A stretch of DNA of 64,000 bases from Candidatus Eiseniibacteriota bacterium (GCA_963717935.1 CAVQXP010000004.1:726423-790422), one strand, 5' to 3'. Shown: positions 32,614 through 42,823, counted from the stretch's first letter. Program-made: numbers and translations. The notes: generated by a model from the sequence alone, not told the origin.

Positions 32614-33292
32614 TCACTTCGGGCAGGGCTTGGTGCTCAGGAACCAGTCGTGGATCTTCACCTCGGGGCCCGACTTCTCCACGCGCTCCCGGGCCGCTCC
32701 GCACGAGCCCGGGGTCGGGATGATGACGTCCTCGCCGGGCTGCCAGTTGGCGGGGGTGGCCACCGCATGCTTGTCGCTGGTCTGCAGGGCGACGAGGAGC
32801 CGCTTGATCTCCTCCATGTTCCGGCCGTTGGTGAGCGGGTAGTACAGCAGCGCGCGGATGGTGCCGTTGGGGTCCACGATGAAGACCGCGCGCACCGCCT
32901 GGGTGGAACTGGCCCCGGGCTGGAGCATCCCGTAGAGCTTCGCGACTTCCATCGTGATGTCCGCGATCAACGGGAAGTTCACCTCCACGCCCTTCATGCC
33001 CTCTGTACTCGATCTTCTCCTTGATGGTGCGCAGCCAGGCGATGTGGGCGAAGATGCTGTCGATGGAGAGTCCCACCAGGGCGCAGTTCAGGGCCTTCAA
33101 CGCCGGCTCCATGGAAGCGAAGGTCATGAACTCGGTGGTGCAGACGGGTGTGAAGTCCGCGGGGTGGGAGAAAAGGATCACCCACCGGCCCTTGTAGTCC
33201 TCGGGGAAGTTGATGGGGCCCTGGGTGGTCTCCGCCTTGAAGGACGGAGCCTTGTCCCCGATGAGCGGCAGACGCGTCGTGCTCTCGTTCAT
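32614..33292 (-). CDS. 1-Cys/Prx6-type peroxiredoxin, with one frame break near 33000
   Basis: N-terminus GDKAPSFKAETTQGPINFPEDYKGRWVILFSHPADFTPVCTTE. The C-terminal half NFPLIADITMEVAKLYGML...VFIVDPNGTIRALLYYP is in an adjacent frame. Confidence 0.75.
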
Positions 33293-33447
33293 GGTGGTCT
33301 CCGGATCGTGAGGGGAAGGTGACGGAAACATCTGGCCCCGGGCCCGCCCCCTGTCGGGGACCCGGCGGCTCTCCGAACGCCGCGGCGGTCGTCAGCGACG
33401 GGCGGTTCTGACCCCCGTCCGTGGAGCCGCACGCGACGGGATCGTGC

Positions 33448-34530
33448 CTATCCGATGCCCACGAACGTGCCGGTCGCGGTCGCACACTCCTTTCCATCCT
33501 GCTCGATCGCCGCGTTCAGGGCGTAGATCGTCTTTCGCCGCCGTGCCGGCTGCTCCCGCTGGAGCAGGCTGGCCGTCACCGCGAGCGGGATGCGCGTCTG
33601 CACCGGCGACCGAAAGCGGACATTCAACCGGGCCGTCATGGCCCGGATCCCCAGCCGAAACAGACAGTTGGTCATCGCCGAGTCGAGCAGGAGGGAGACG
33701 ATCCCGCCCTGGACGACACCGTCGTAGCCCTGAAACTTCTCATCGAGGGTGCAGCGGGCGATGACGCCCTCCGTGCCGGCGGCTTCGAAGCGCAGCCCCA
33801 ACCCATCGGGGTTGGCCGGTCCGCAGGCGAAGCACTGCCGGTGATGGATCCGACCGGCCTCGGCCGGCTCGCGCCTCTTCCCGCTGGCGATCCAGACATC
33901 GTTGAGGGGAAGCACGTGGTGCTCGACGCTCTCGAAGCGCGTCCGGAGGAACTCGCAGATCGCCGGCGAGGAGAGCTTGCCTCGTTCGTGCGGCCGGTGG
34001 TGGATCGCCCGATGCACCTGGTCCATGACCCGGAAGCCGTGCGGATTGAATTCGACGATCAGGAGCCTGCCGTCATCCCGGAGCACGCGCGTCATCTCCT
34101 CCAGCACGCGTTCGGGCTCCTCCATGTGGTGCAGGGCGTCGGCCGCGGCCACGTGCGCGAAACTGGCGTCCGGTTGATCGAGACGCGTCGCATCGAAGAC
34201 GCGAAACGTGACGGCGGCCCGCGTGAGGGCGCCGATCCGTTCGCGGGTCTCGCGCACCACCTCGCCGTCGATGTCCCCGGAGATGACCTGGCAGCCGGCA
34301 GCCGCGAGGGCGAATGCCATGCGCCCCGAGCCGGTCGCCACGTCGAGCACGCGATCGGCGGCGCCGAATCCGGCGAGCTCGATGGCGTGGCGATGCTCGC
34401 CCACCAGGTCGTACCCCAGATCGCTCAGCCTCTGGTCGGAGGGGGTCCCGGGGAACTTCGTGCCGATGCTCGAAGGCTCGAAGGAGGCGCTCACGGGCGT
34501 CAGTCTAGAGGGGGCCGAGCGCGCAGGCAA
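33448..34530 (-). CDS. Fusion of a class I SAM-dependent methyltransferase with a PaaI/hot-dog-fold thioesterase-like domain
   Basis: N-terminus VLDVATGSGRMAFALAAAGCQVISGDID...LLIVEF. C-terminus CFACGPANPDGLGLRFE...GYDGVVQGGIVSLLLDSAM. Confidence 0.6.
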   Translation of the reverse strand: MPARSAPSRLTPVSASFEPSSIGTKFPGTPSDQRLSDLGYDLVGEHRHAIELAGFGAADRVLDVATGSGRMAFALAAAGCQVISGDIDGEVVRETRERIGALTRAAVTFRVFDATRLDQPDASFAHVAAADALHHMEEPERVLEEMTRVLRDDGRLLIVEFNPHGFRVMDQVHRAIHHRPHERGKLSSPAICEFLRTRFESVEHHVLPLNDVWIASGKRREPAEAGRIHHRQCFACGPANPDGLGLRFEAAGTEGVIARCTLDEKFQGYDGVVQGGIVSLLLDSAMTNCLFRLGIRAMTARLNVRFRSPVQTRIPLAVTASLLQREQPARRRKTIYALNAAIEQDGKECATATGTFVGIG

Positions 34531-34619
34531 TCAGGTCGGTGTCCCGGGGGCCGTCGGGCGGGAGCGAGCCGGCGCTGCGGTGGGCGCGGGGTCGCGCCGG
34601 CGCTTTGACGACATCGTTC

Positions 34620-34655
34620 CTCAGTGTTATCTATTATTTGATACGTAACACTGAG
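34620..34655. promoter_or_regulatory. Perfect 10-bp inverted repeat CTCAGTGTTA-N16-TAACACTGAG in an AT-rich island; a TTGACG -35-like hexamer lies 10 nt upstream, in the divergent intergenic region
   Basis: The arm sequences are exact. The region lies between the methyltransferase-thioesterase gene (minus strand, start 34530) and the plus-strand gene starting at 34752. Confidence 0.4.
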
Positions 34656-34751
34656 ACGTGGAGCTCCAGGCGCCGGATCCCGGCGCGACGGCCGCGGGAC
34701 ACCGCGCCGGGAGCTTCTTCGCCTGCTGCCGGACCCGCCACGGAGGACCGC

Positions 34752-35513
34752 ATGAAGAGGCACCTGCTGCTCCCGCTCGCCGTCGCACTCGCCGCCCTGG
34801 CGGCCGCGCCTCCGTCGTACGCGTGCTTCGACACCTACGTGTTCCTGCAGAAGCAGAGCCTGGCGTATCCGAAGGGGCTGCTGGCCGTGGAGACCTCCGG
34901 TGAGTACATGGCGCAGGACCTGACTTCCGCAGGCGAGGACGCCTTCTCCGGCGGCCTGAACCTCTACTATGGCCTGGTCGACCGCTTCTCGGTGCAGGGA
35001 GCGCTGGCCTCGTCGGAGAAGGCGCGCAGCGAGTTCGGCTTCGACGAATGGGGCCTGCGCGGGGTCTACGGCCTGGTCCGACCGTACGACGGCGGCTACA
35101 GCCTCGACCTGGTTCTCGAGATGCGCACGGCCACCTCGGGCGGCTCGAGCACCTGGGAGGTGTCGGCCCCGAACATCTGGTACCGGAAGGACGTGACGCT
35201 CGTCGTCCACCCGGTGATGTCGCTTGCCTCGGGCGATGAGTTCGGCCTGCGCGGGCATGGTGGCGTCTTCTACTCGGTGGGTGGGCTGGGGATCGTCGGG
35301 GTCGGGAGCGAATACGAGAGCGCCCAGAGCAGCGACCACTTCAGCCATCGGCTGGTCCGGGGCGCGGGCGCGACCAGCCTGTTCCTCGGCGCCGCCCTGG
35401 GCCCGCACCTGTTCCTGCAGAACGAGTTCATCAAGGGCTGGGGGAGCGGCGGGTCGGACGTCGGCTTCGCGGTGACGCTCAAGTTCCTCCGCCCCGGCGG
35501 CCCGATGCGCTGA
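34752..35513 (+). CDS. Secreted hypothetical protein (signal peptide; Gly/aromatic-rich, beta-strand-like)
   Basis: MKRHLLLPLAVALAALAAAPPSYA. No recognised family. Confidence 0.45.
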   Translation: MKRHLLLPLAVALAALAAAPPSYACFDTYVFLQKQSLAYPKGLLAVETSGEYMAQDLTSAGEDAFSGGLNLYYGLVDRFSVQGALASSEKARSEFGFDEWGLRGVYGLVRPYDGGYSLDLVLEMRTATSGGSSTWEVSAPNIWYRKDVTLVVHPVMSLASGDEFGLRGHGGVFYSVGGLGIVGVGSEYESAQSSDHFSHRLVRGAGATSLFLGAALGPHLFLQNEFIKGWGSGGSDVGFAVTLKFLRPGGPMR

Positions 35514-35571
35514 CCGGGGACGGACCCGGCCGGGGACGGGACTCGCCGCAGCGGGCCACGAAGGATCCAGG

Positions 35572-36879
35572 CTACGTCTTCTGCTTCTTCTTCTCTGCCG
35601 CGGGGAAGAGCACGTTGTTGAGGATCAGCCGGTAGCCGGGCGAGTGCCTGACCTTCGACAGGTCGGTCGCCGGGTCGCCCACGCGGTGCTGGAAGTCCTC
35701 GGGGTCGTGGCCCCCGAGGAAGGTGAACGTGCCGCGCCCGTACTGCCCGTGCAGGTACTTCACCTCGTCGGCGCCCTCGACCTCGCCCAGCACCAGCACG
35801 CCGCTCTTGATGAACTGCCGGCGGAAGCCGGTGGTCTGCCCGAGGAAGTCGAGCACGGCGTTCGCGTGGTCCTGCACCAGCATGGTGGGCACGGGATCGT
35901 TCTTGGCGGAGAAGTCGAACAGCGTGAAGAAGGAGTTGGGCCCGCGGGCGTCGGCCTCCTGGGTCACGTCGATGTCCGAGAACCGGTAGAGGTACGGGTT
36001 CATTTCCAGGTGGAAGTCCTTGAAGGCGAGCGTGAGCGTGAAATCGAGCTCGCGCTGGGCCTGGGGGCGGCCGGATCGCCGTCGTAGACCGTGTCGGCGA
36101 TGTCCACGCCGGTCGGCGGCGAGCGCCATGTCGTAGGTGTCGGTGGCCGAGCACATGCCGAACATGAACCCGCCGCGCCCGATGAAGTCTCTGACGGTTC
36201 GGGCCACGGCACCCTTGAGCTGGGTCACCTTCGCGAAGCCCATCCTGGACGCCATCGCCTTCTGGACGCGCTCCTCCTCCTGGTACCAGGGGAAGCCGTG
36301 GTAGGCGGAGTAGAACTTGCCGTGCTGCCCGGTGAAGTCCTCGTGGTGCAGGTGGAGCCAGTCGTACTTCGCCAGCTCGCCGCGCAGCACCTCTTCGTCC
36401 CAGACGCGGGTGTAGGGGATCTCGGCGTAGTCGAGCGCCAGGGTCACGGCGTCGTCCCAGGGCGGTGTGTTGGGCGGGATGTACACGGCGATCTTCGGCG
36501 GTTTCTCCAGCGCGACCGCCTCCATGTTGTTGTCGGCGATCTCGGCGCGCATGGCCGCCTCGGCGCCGCCGTCCATGGGCTCGAGCGCGACGCCGCGCAC
36601 GTTGGCTTCGCGCTCGATGCCCGGATCGTCGGGCAGCAGGAAGGAGCCGGCACGATAGTTGAGCAGCCACTCGGCCTTCTGCCCCTGCTGGAGCACCCAG
36701 TAGGTGAGCCCGTAGGCCTTGAGGTGGTCGGTCTGCCGGTCGTCCATGGGGACGAGCCACTTCGCCTGCGCGGGCGCGGCTGCGAGCACGACGGCGAGGA
36801 ACGCCGCGGCGATCCCGCGCCCGCCCGGCGCACGCGATCCCGCCGTCCGCCGCTCTCTGCCCGCGATCCCGCGCTTCAT
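35572..36879 (-). CDS. Secreted hypothetical protein, with at least one frame break near 36050-36110
   Basis: GAGGAGG before the ATG at 36879. Signal peptide AAFLAVVLAAAPAQA. Start overlaps the stop of the upstream TPR gene. Confidence 0.45.
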   Translation of the reverse strand: MKRGIAGRERRTAGSRAPGGRGIAAAFLAVVLAAAPAQAKWLVPMDDRQTDHLKAYGLTYWVLQQGQKAEWLLNYRAGSFLLPDDPGIEREANVRGVALEPMDGGAEAAMRAEIADNNMEAVALEKPPKIAVYIPPNTPPWDDAVTLALDYAEIPYTRVWDEEVLRGELAKYDWLHLHHEDFTGQHGKFYSAYHGFPWYQEEERVQKAMASRMGFAKVTQLKGAVARTVRDFIGRGGFMFGMCSATDTYDMALAADRRGHRRHGLRRRSGRPQAQRELDFTLTLAFKDFHLEMNPYLYRFSDIDVTQEADARGPNSFFTLFDFSAKNDPVPTMLVQDHANAVLDFLGQTTGFRRQFIKSGVLVLGEVEGADEVKYLHGQYGRGTFTFLGGHDPEDFQHRVGDPATDLSKVRHSPGYRLILNNVLFPAAEKKKQKT

Positions 36880-36889
36880 CTCATCCTCC

Positions 36890-38596
36890 TCAGAAGACCC
36901 GGCGGTCGCGCCGGAGTCTCTCGGCCACGCGCCGTACCTCGGGCGCGTTCCAGGCGCGCGGGTAGCGGGCGAGGCACTCCTCGTACTGGACCAGAGCGGC
37001 GCGCTCGTCCTTGAGCCGGGAGAGGTAGAGGTCGCCGGCGCGCTGGCGGGCGAGCGGCGCGAGCCGGTCGTCGGGCAGCGAGTCCGCCACCGCCAGCAGG
37101 AGACCGAGCGCCGCGCGCGCGTCGCCCGCGGCTTCACGCTGGGACGCGAGCAGCAGCGCGGCCTGCGCCCAGAGTGCCCCGCGCGGCAGCACCTGCGTGA
37201 GCGAGTCGGTCAGCGCCAGGGCGCGTCGGCGGTCGTTGCGCCACTCCTCGTAGGCGATGCGTCCGAACACCGCGAGCGCGGCTCGCGGCTCCGCGTCCTC
37301 GATCAGGTAGGCGCGCTCGAGGGCGGCGCCGCGGAAGGGCCCCTGCGGGTCCGCGGCGATGCGCTCGTAGAGGTTCAGCGCGGAGTCGCTCCGCCCCGTG
37401 AAGAAGAGCGCCTCGGCGTAGCGCCACGCGCCCTCGCGCGTGGCTCCGGCCAGCGCGGCGAGCCGCGGCAGCGCGCGCTCGGGCGGGCCGTCGCGCAGGT
37501 CGGCGAGGGCTTCTTCGAGGTCGAGCTGGGGCACCGCCGCGGGCGGCACGGCGCCCGCGCGCAGCAACGCGCGTGCCTCGTCGGTGCGGCCGGCCTCGCG
37601 CAGCCCGCGGGCGATCGCCACGAGGAAGTCAACGGGCCAGCGTGCCGTGGGGACGCCATCGAGCGCCCGGGCCAGCGCGGGCGCGGCCTCGTCCCCGGCG
37701 CCGCGCCCGCACTGCAGCGTCCAGGCGTACTGCGCCCCGGTGAGCCGCCAGGTCGCGTCGAAGCGGCCATCGCCCGCGAGCGCGGTCAACGCCGCAGCCG
37801 CGGCGCCCGAGTCACGGGAGGCGCCGGTGGAGGTCAACTGCTGGGCGAAGTCCCAGAGGAGCGGGGCCCGTGCCGTGCCGTGCCGCTCGGCGTGCTCGAG
37901 GGTCGCGAGCGCCGACGCGAGGTCGCCGCCGCGCCAGTCGAGCATGGCGCACGCACGCACGAGATCCGCGCGGTCGGGCCGCGCCTGGGCCGCCCGGCGC
38001 ATCAGCTCCCGCACGCCGCGGGCGTCCGCTGGCGCGAGGCGGATGACGGTCTCCTGGGCCCAGTCGGCGTCGAGCGGTGAGGCGAGCCAGGACTCGAGCG
38101 CCACGCCCGCCGCGTCACGCGGGCGGCCCAGCCGCTCGAGCGCGAGCGCGAGCTCGCGCGCCACCATCAGCGAGTCCCGCTGTGCTGCGCGCTCGATGCG
38201 GCCCAGCCGCTCCGCGCCGGCGAAGTCCTGCCGCGCGAGGAGCAGGCGCGCCTGCTCGGTCACCACGGCCGGGTGGTGCGCGACCTCGGCAAGGAGCGGC
38301 GCCAGGGCGGTCCGGGCCTGCTCGAGACGGCCGCTCGCGCGCAGCGCCCGCGCCTGGCGCAGGCGGGCGACCTGGGTGGGGGAGAGGCGTGGCATGCGGT
38401 GCTGGCTCACCGGGGCCAACTCGGCGTCATCGGCCGCGCCCACGACCAGGAGCCCGGGAGCGATCTGCCGGACGCCGGACTCCCGCGGATCGAGGTCACG
38501 GATGTGCCGGTAGGTGGCGGTCGAGTCGAACGTCTGCGCAGCGGCGGGCGTGGCTGCCACCGCCACCGCGACCATGCCCGCGGCACGCGCCATCAT
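36890..38596 (-). CDS. Secreted TPR-repeat protein
   Basis: MMARAAGMVAVAVAATPAAAQ signal peptide, then a long Ala/Leu/Arg-rich helical repeat region. The 200-aa N-terminal extension in the track ORF is rejected. Confidence 0.55.
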   Translation of the reverse strand: MMARAAGMVAVAVAATPAAAQTFDSTATYRHIRDLDPRESGVRQIAPGLLVVGAADDAELAPVSQHRMPRLSPTQVARLRQARALRASGRLEQARTALAPLLAEVAHHPAVVTEQARLLLARQDFAGAERLGRIERAAQRDSLMVARELALALERLGRPRDAAGVALESWLASPLDADWAQETVIRLAPADARGVRELMRRAAQARPDRADLVRACAMLDWRGGDLASALATLEHAERHGTARAPLLWDFAQQLTSTGASRDSGAAAAALTALAGDGRFDATWRLTGAQYAWTLQCGRGAGDEAAPALARALDGVPTARWPVDFLVAIARGLREAGRTDEARALLRAGAVPPAAVPQLDLEEALADLRDGPPERALPRLAALAGATREGAWRYAEALFFTGRSDSALNLYERIAADPQGPFRGAALERAYLIEDAEPRAALAVFGRIAYEEWRNDRRRALALTDSLTQVLPRGALWAQAALLLASQREAAGDARAALGLLLAVADSLPDDRLAPLARQRAGDLYLSRLKDERAALVQYEECLARYPRAWNAPEVRRVAERLRRDRRVF

Positions 38597-38622
38597 CCGA
38601 AGCCACCGCGACGCGCGGGCCC

Positions 38623-41600
38623 TCACCGGGAGCTCCCGCGGTTCAGCGCGCGCAGGTAAGCCTCGATGAAGGCGCGGTACTGCGACGGATAGCGGTCGGC
38701 CTGGGCCTTGAGCAGGTCGAGCCGCAAGCGGTCGCTCTCTCGCAGCATCTCGGCCGGCAGTGCCGGTGGCGCGGCGCGCGCGGCGTCTTCGCCCGGACGT
38801 GACTCGCGGCGCGGCTCGAAATCCTGGCGATTCACGGAGCGCTGGGCGTCGAGCAGCCGCGACAGGATGTGCTGCTGCTTCTGCTCCACCTCGTCTCCGA
38901 GCTGGCCCTGGCGCAGCGCTTCCTCGACCTGCTTCATCTCCTCGGCGGTCTGGTCGAGCCGCCCGAGGAGCTGGCGCCGCTGCCGCTCCTCCTGCTCGAT
39001 TTGTCCGAGCTCGTCGTGGATCCGCGCCTGCTCCCGGGCCAGGCGCCGCAGCTCGTCCTGATCGCCGGCGGTGAGCCGCGCCTGCTCGGTCAGGCGCTGG
39101 CCCAGCGTGCGCGTGCGATCGTTCAGCTGCGCCTGGCGGTTGCCGAGCTGGTCCATGCGCATGGGCACCGTGCCGCCGGGCTGGCCCTGGCCCGGGTTCT
39201 GGCACATCGAGCTCTCGGCCTGGCGCAGCTTCAGCACGGATTCGACCAGGGCGCCCGCTCCGGAACGTCCCGCTGCCTCGCCGCCGGCGCGGTCGCCCTG
39301 CGCGAATTGCTTGCCCGACTGCTGCAGGCCCTTGATGGCGCGGCCCAGCGCCGCCGCGAGATCGGGGTTGATGAAGGGCGTCTTCTTCCCGAGCGTCCAG
39401 AGCGAGTCCGCGACGCGGGCGGTACCCTCGGAGAGGTCCGTCTGGAGGTCGGCGCGCTGCTTCGCGGGGGAGTTCGAGTCGAGGCTCCGCTCGGCTGCGC
39501 GCTGCAGCGAGACCAGGTCCTGCGCGGCGCGGCGCACCGCCGCGAGGTCCACCTGCTCCCGCTGCTGCTGCATCTGGTTCGAGACGTTGCTGAGCTGCTC
39601 CGAGGCGCGCTGCAGGCTCTGGCTCGCGCGCCGGCCCGCCTGCCGGGCCTGCGCCTGCCGGTTCTGCGCCAGCGCCTGCGCGGCTTCGCGCTGGGCGGGA
39701 GCCGCTTCCTGGTCGAGCTCCTGCGCGGCTTCCCGGAGCCCGGGCTGCGCCTGGGGCTCGTTCATCTCCTGCCCGAGCTGCTGCGCGTCACGGGCGAGCT
39801 GCTCGCTCTCGGCGGCAGCCTGCCTCTGCTCCTCGGCGAGCCCGCGCTGTGCCTGTTCGGCCGCCTTCTGCTCGATCGCCTGGTTGTGCCCGTCCTGCTG
39901 CGCCTTCAACTCCTCGGCGCGCCGGGCCAGCGCCTGGAGGCGCTCCTCCTGCCGCAGCCGCTTCAGCAGCTCGAGCGTGCGCTCGAGGTTCTTCAGCAGC
40001 TGTTCGTTCTGGAGGCGCCAGTCCTGCAGGCCCGGTTCCGGCGGGCGGCGCTGCGTGTTCTCGAGCGCCTCCTGCAGGCGGCGCATCGCTTCCCTGAACT
40101 CCTGCGACTGGATCTGGTCCATGACCTGGGCCAGTTCGCGGAGCTTGCGGGTGAGCTGCTCGTCGAACGCGCGGCGCTCGGTGGCCTGCTGGAGGCCCTC
40201 GCGCAGCTGCCGTGAGGCTTCGTCGATCTGGTGGGAGAGATCCTGCTGGCGGTCGAGCGCGCTCTTCACCTCCTCCTGCCGCTCGAAGGAGCGCGGGCTG
40301 CCGGCGGTCGGCATGGGCGCCTGGCGGGCCAACCTGTCGAGCGACTTCTGCAGTTCCTGCGCGCGGTCCGCCACCTTCTCGAGCGCGCCCTGCACCGAGT
40401 CCTGGCCACGCTCCAGGTCCTGGTACAGCTCGGCGAGCGACGGGAAGCGCAGCTCGTAGGTGGCGCTCGTCGCCACCCCGCGCCCGCCCTCCGCGTCGTC
40501 GAAGAGCTGGAAACGGAAGCTCGCGCTCTGCCCGGGCAGCAGACCGAGCGGGGCCGCGTCCCAGCGCGCGCTGGCGCGGGCCTCGCGGGGCCCGCCGGCG
40601 AAACGCGCCAGCGTCAGGTCCGTCCACGTGGCGTCCGCGTCCTTGCGCACCTGGAGCCGGAGTTCGGTCAGCCCGAGGTCGTCCTGGCCGAGCACCTCGT
40701 AGGGCACCTGCTGGCCGGCCGGCAGGTCCATGTCGCCCTCGGGCACGCGCACGGTGAGGATCGGCGGGGCGTCGGCGAGCGGCTGGATGGGGTAGCGGAA
40801 CCGCCCCTCGCCTCCGAGCTCGTCCTGCGCGGTGCGCGCGAGCGCGCGCAGTTCGTAGTCGCCCGCCTGCCGGATCGCGATCTCGCCGCGCCAGCGACGC
40901 GGATTGAGCGCTCTCCACGGTCGCGCGGGCGCACCCGGGGCGGCGGCCTCGAGCGCCTCCAGGTCGCGGTCGAAGAGCACCTCGATCAGCGCCCGCGAGC
41001 CGCGCAGCGCCGTCAGGTCGCCACGCGTGGCCGCACCGCGCTGCACCGGCAACCGCGCGTAGGCCGGCGGGTGGATCTCGATCTCGAAGCTCACCGGCTG
41101 GGGCGTTCCGGCGAGCGTCACGTGGTAGCGCGGGCTCTCGATCCCGGCCACGCGCACCCGGTAGTCGAGGGAGCGCGTGAGCTGGGTGAGGTCGAACCGC
41201 CACAGCCGCTCGCCGCCGTCGCCGTCGCCCTCGTGAGTACCCGCGTCGGCGGGGGATCCGTCCCGCAGCAGTCGCGGTCGCGCGGTCGTGCCCCAGACCC
41301 GCGCCCGCACCGCCAGCGCGGCGCCCGGCGTGACCGTCACCGAGCCGGGCTCGACCTCGAGACGCACGGGCGGTGCGGCGGTGCGCGGGTCGAGCAGCGT
41401 GTGCCACGAACGCTCCGTGCGCGCGGGGAGCACGAGCCCGAGCGCGGCCACGAACGCGAGCGCGATCGCCATCGCGGCGAGGGGACGACGCGCCTCGAGC
41501 GCGGGCCGCATGGCGACGAGCGGCACCTCCGCCAGCCGGCGCGAGGTCTCGTCGCCCAGGGCCCGGGCCAGCTCGGGCGAGGTGTGAGCCGGCGGACGGC

Positions 41601-41937
41601 GCTCGAAGTCGAGCGCGTTGCGCAGCCAGGAGCGGACCGCCGGGAAGCGATCCTCGATGCGCTCGAGGTAGGCCTCGAAGGAGGGCCGGGCGCGCAGGAG
41701 GCCCGCGACCGCGAGGACCAGGGCCGCGATGCCGGCGCCCGTCGCGGCGAGCAGGCGCGCCCAGGCCAGGGGCTCTCCGGTGGGCCACGCCACGCCGAGT
41801 GCCACCGCTAGCGCAATGACCACGGCGACGCCTCCCGCGGCGCGCAACCCGTGGCGCAGCGCCAGCGCCTGCAGCAGCGCGGCGTGGTGGCGGGAGACGA
41901 GTCGCTCGAGGGCGTTGTCAGGCACGCGAGTGGTCAT
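38623..41937 (-). CDS. Giant (1104 aa) membrane-anchored protein with a Gln/Glu/Arg-rich coiled-coil C-terminal half (DUF4175-like)
   Basis: N-terminal transmembrane helices. Central beta-rich region. Approximately 450 aa of Q/E/R/A coiled coil. Ends YRAFIEAYLRALNR. Immediately downstream of the DUF4159 gene. Confidence 0.55.
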   Translation of the reverse strand: MTTRVPDNALERLVSRHHAALLQALALRHGLRAAGGVAVVIALAVALGVAWPTGEPLAWARLLAATGAGIAALVLAVAGLLRARPSFEAYLERIEDRFPAVRSWLRNALDFERRPPAHTSPELARALGDETSRRLAEVPLVAMRPALEARRPLAAMAIALAFVAALGLVLPARTERSWHTLLDPRTAAPPVRLEVEPGSVTVTPGAALAVRARVWGTTARPRLLRDGSPADAGTHEGDGDGGERLWRFDLTQLTRSLDYRVRVAGIESPRYHVTLAGTPQPVSFEIEIHPPAYARLPVQRGAATRGDLTALRGSRALIEVLFDRDLEALEAAAPGAPARPWRALNPRRWRGEIAIRQAGDYELRALARTAQDELGGEGRFRYPIQPLADAPPILTVRVPEGDMDLPAGQQVPYEVLGQDDLGLTELRLQVRKDADATWTDLTLARFAGGPREARASARWDAAPLGLLPGQSASFRFQLFDDAEGGRGVATSATYELRFPSLAELYQDLERGQDSVQGALEKVADRAQELQKSLDRLARQAPMPTAGSPRSFERQEEVKSALDRQQDLSHQIDEASRQLREGLQQATERRAFDEQLTRKLRELAQVMDQIQSQEFREAMRRLQEALENTQRRPPEPGLQDWRLQNEQLLKNLERTLELLKRLRQEERLQALARRAEELKAQQDGHNQAIEQKAAEQAQRGLAEEQRQAAAESEQLARDAQQLGQEMNEPQAQPGLREAAQELDQEAAPAQREAAQALAQNRQAQARQAGRRASQSLQRASEQLSNVSNQMQQQREQVDLAAVRRAAQDLVSLQRAAERSLDSNSPAKQRADLQTDLSEGTARVADSLWTLGKKTPFINPDLAAALGRAIKGLQQSGKQFAQGDRAGGEAAGRSGAGALVESVLKLRQAESSMCQNPGQGQPGGTVPMRMDQLGNRQAQLNDRTRTLGQRLTEQARLTAGDQDELRRLAREQARIHDELGQIEQEERQRRQLLGRLDQTAEEMKQVEEALRQGQLGDEVEQKQQHILSRLLDAQRSVNRQDFEPRRESRPGEDAARAAPPALPAEMLRESDRLRLDLLKAQADRYPSQYRAFIEAYLRALNRGSSR

Positions 41938-41962
41938 CGTCGTCGGGGTGACCCGGGCCGGT

Positions 41963-42659
41963 TCAATGCGTCAGGACGTAGTGGACGAGGTTCAGGGACA
42001 TGCGCAGCGCAGCCTCGCGCTTCTCGGGTGGATCGCCGTGGATCTCGGGGTCCTCGAGGCCGTCCCCCAGGTCGGTGTCGAACGAATAGAAGACGACCAG
42101 CCTCCCGTCGTGGAAGACACCGTAGGCCCGCGCGGGGCCGCCGTCGTGCTCGTGGATCTTCGGTGGGCCCGCCGGGAACTCGTAGAGCCCGTGGAAGAGC
42201 GGGTGCGAAAATGGCAACTCGACGCAGCGGCGCGTCGGGGAGCACCTGCTTCATCGCCCGCCGGAAGGACGGATCGATTCCGAAGTCGTCGTCCACCCAC
42301 AGGAAGCCGCCGGTCGTGAGGTAGCGACGCAGGTTGGCTGCCTCCGTGGGCGTGAGCTTGAGGTTGCCGTGGCCGCAGGCAAAGACGAACGGGTACTGGA
42401 AGAGCGCGGCCGAGCCGGGCTCGACCACCGCCTCCTTCGTGCCAGCCGTGGGGACCGAGAGGCGCTCCCGCGCGGCTCGCATCAGGTTCGCGAGCGAGGT
42501 GCGGTTCTCGTACCAGTCGCCGCCACCGCCGTACTTGAGGCGGGCGATGCCGAAGGCGCGTGCGCCCGGCGGGACGGGCACGTCGCCCGGCGCCGCGGGC
42601 GACGGTGGCGGATCCGGCACAGCGCGGCCAGGACGAGCAGGGTGGCGAAGCGCTTCACG
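41963..42659 (-). CDS. DUF4159 domain protein, with two frame breaks
   Basis: ARLKYGGGGDWYENRTSLANL...YPFVFACGHGNLKLTPTEAANLRRYLTTGGFLWVDDDFG. The C-terminal LFHGLYEFPAGPPKIHEHDGGP...VVFYSFDTDLGDGLEDPEIHG is in an adjacent frame. GTG start with a signal-like VKRFATLLVLAALC. Confidence 0.6.
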
Positions 42660-42823
42660 GGTCGCGGGTCTCCATGGGCATCGTGGCGGTTCCGCCCTTC
42701 TTGATGATACACGCGCCGGGCGGAGCCTGCCGAAGATGGCACGAAGGCCCGGACCTCGAGGGTCCGGGCCTTCGTCATCGCCGGTGGGGCGCCCGTGGCC
42801 GGGCGCGAGCGCTCAGCCGGTCC

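Noticed and set aside
36890-39205. A 771-aa version of the TPR protein with a 200-aa Arg/Ala/Gly-rich N-terminal extension
   Set aside because: The extension overlaps the 3' end of the upstream giant gene and is low-complexity. The signal peptide begins at MMARAAGM (38596).
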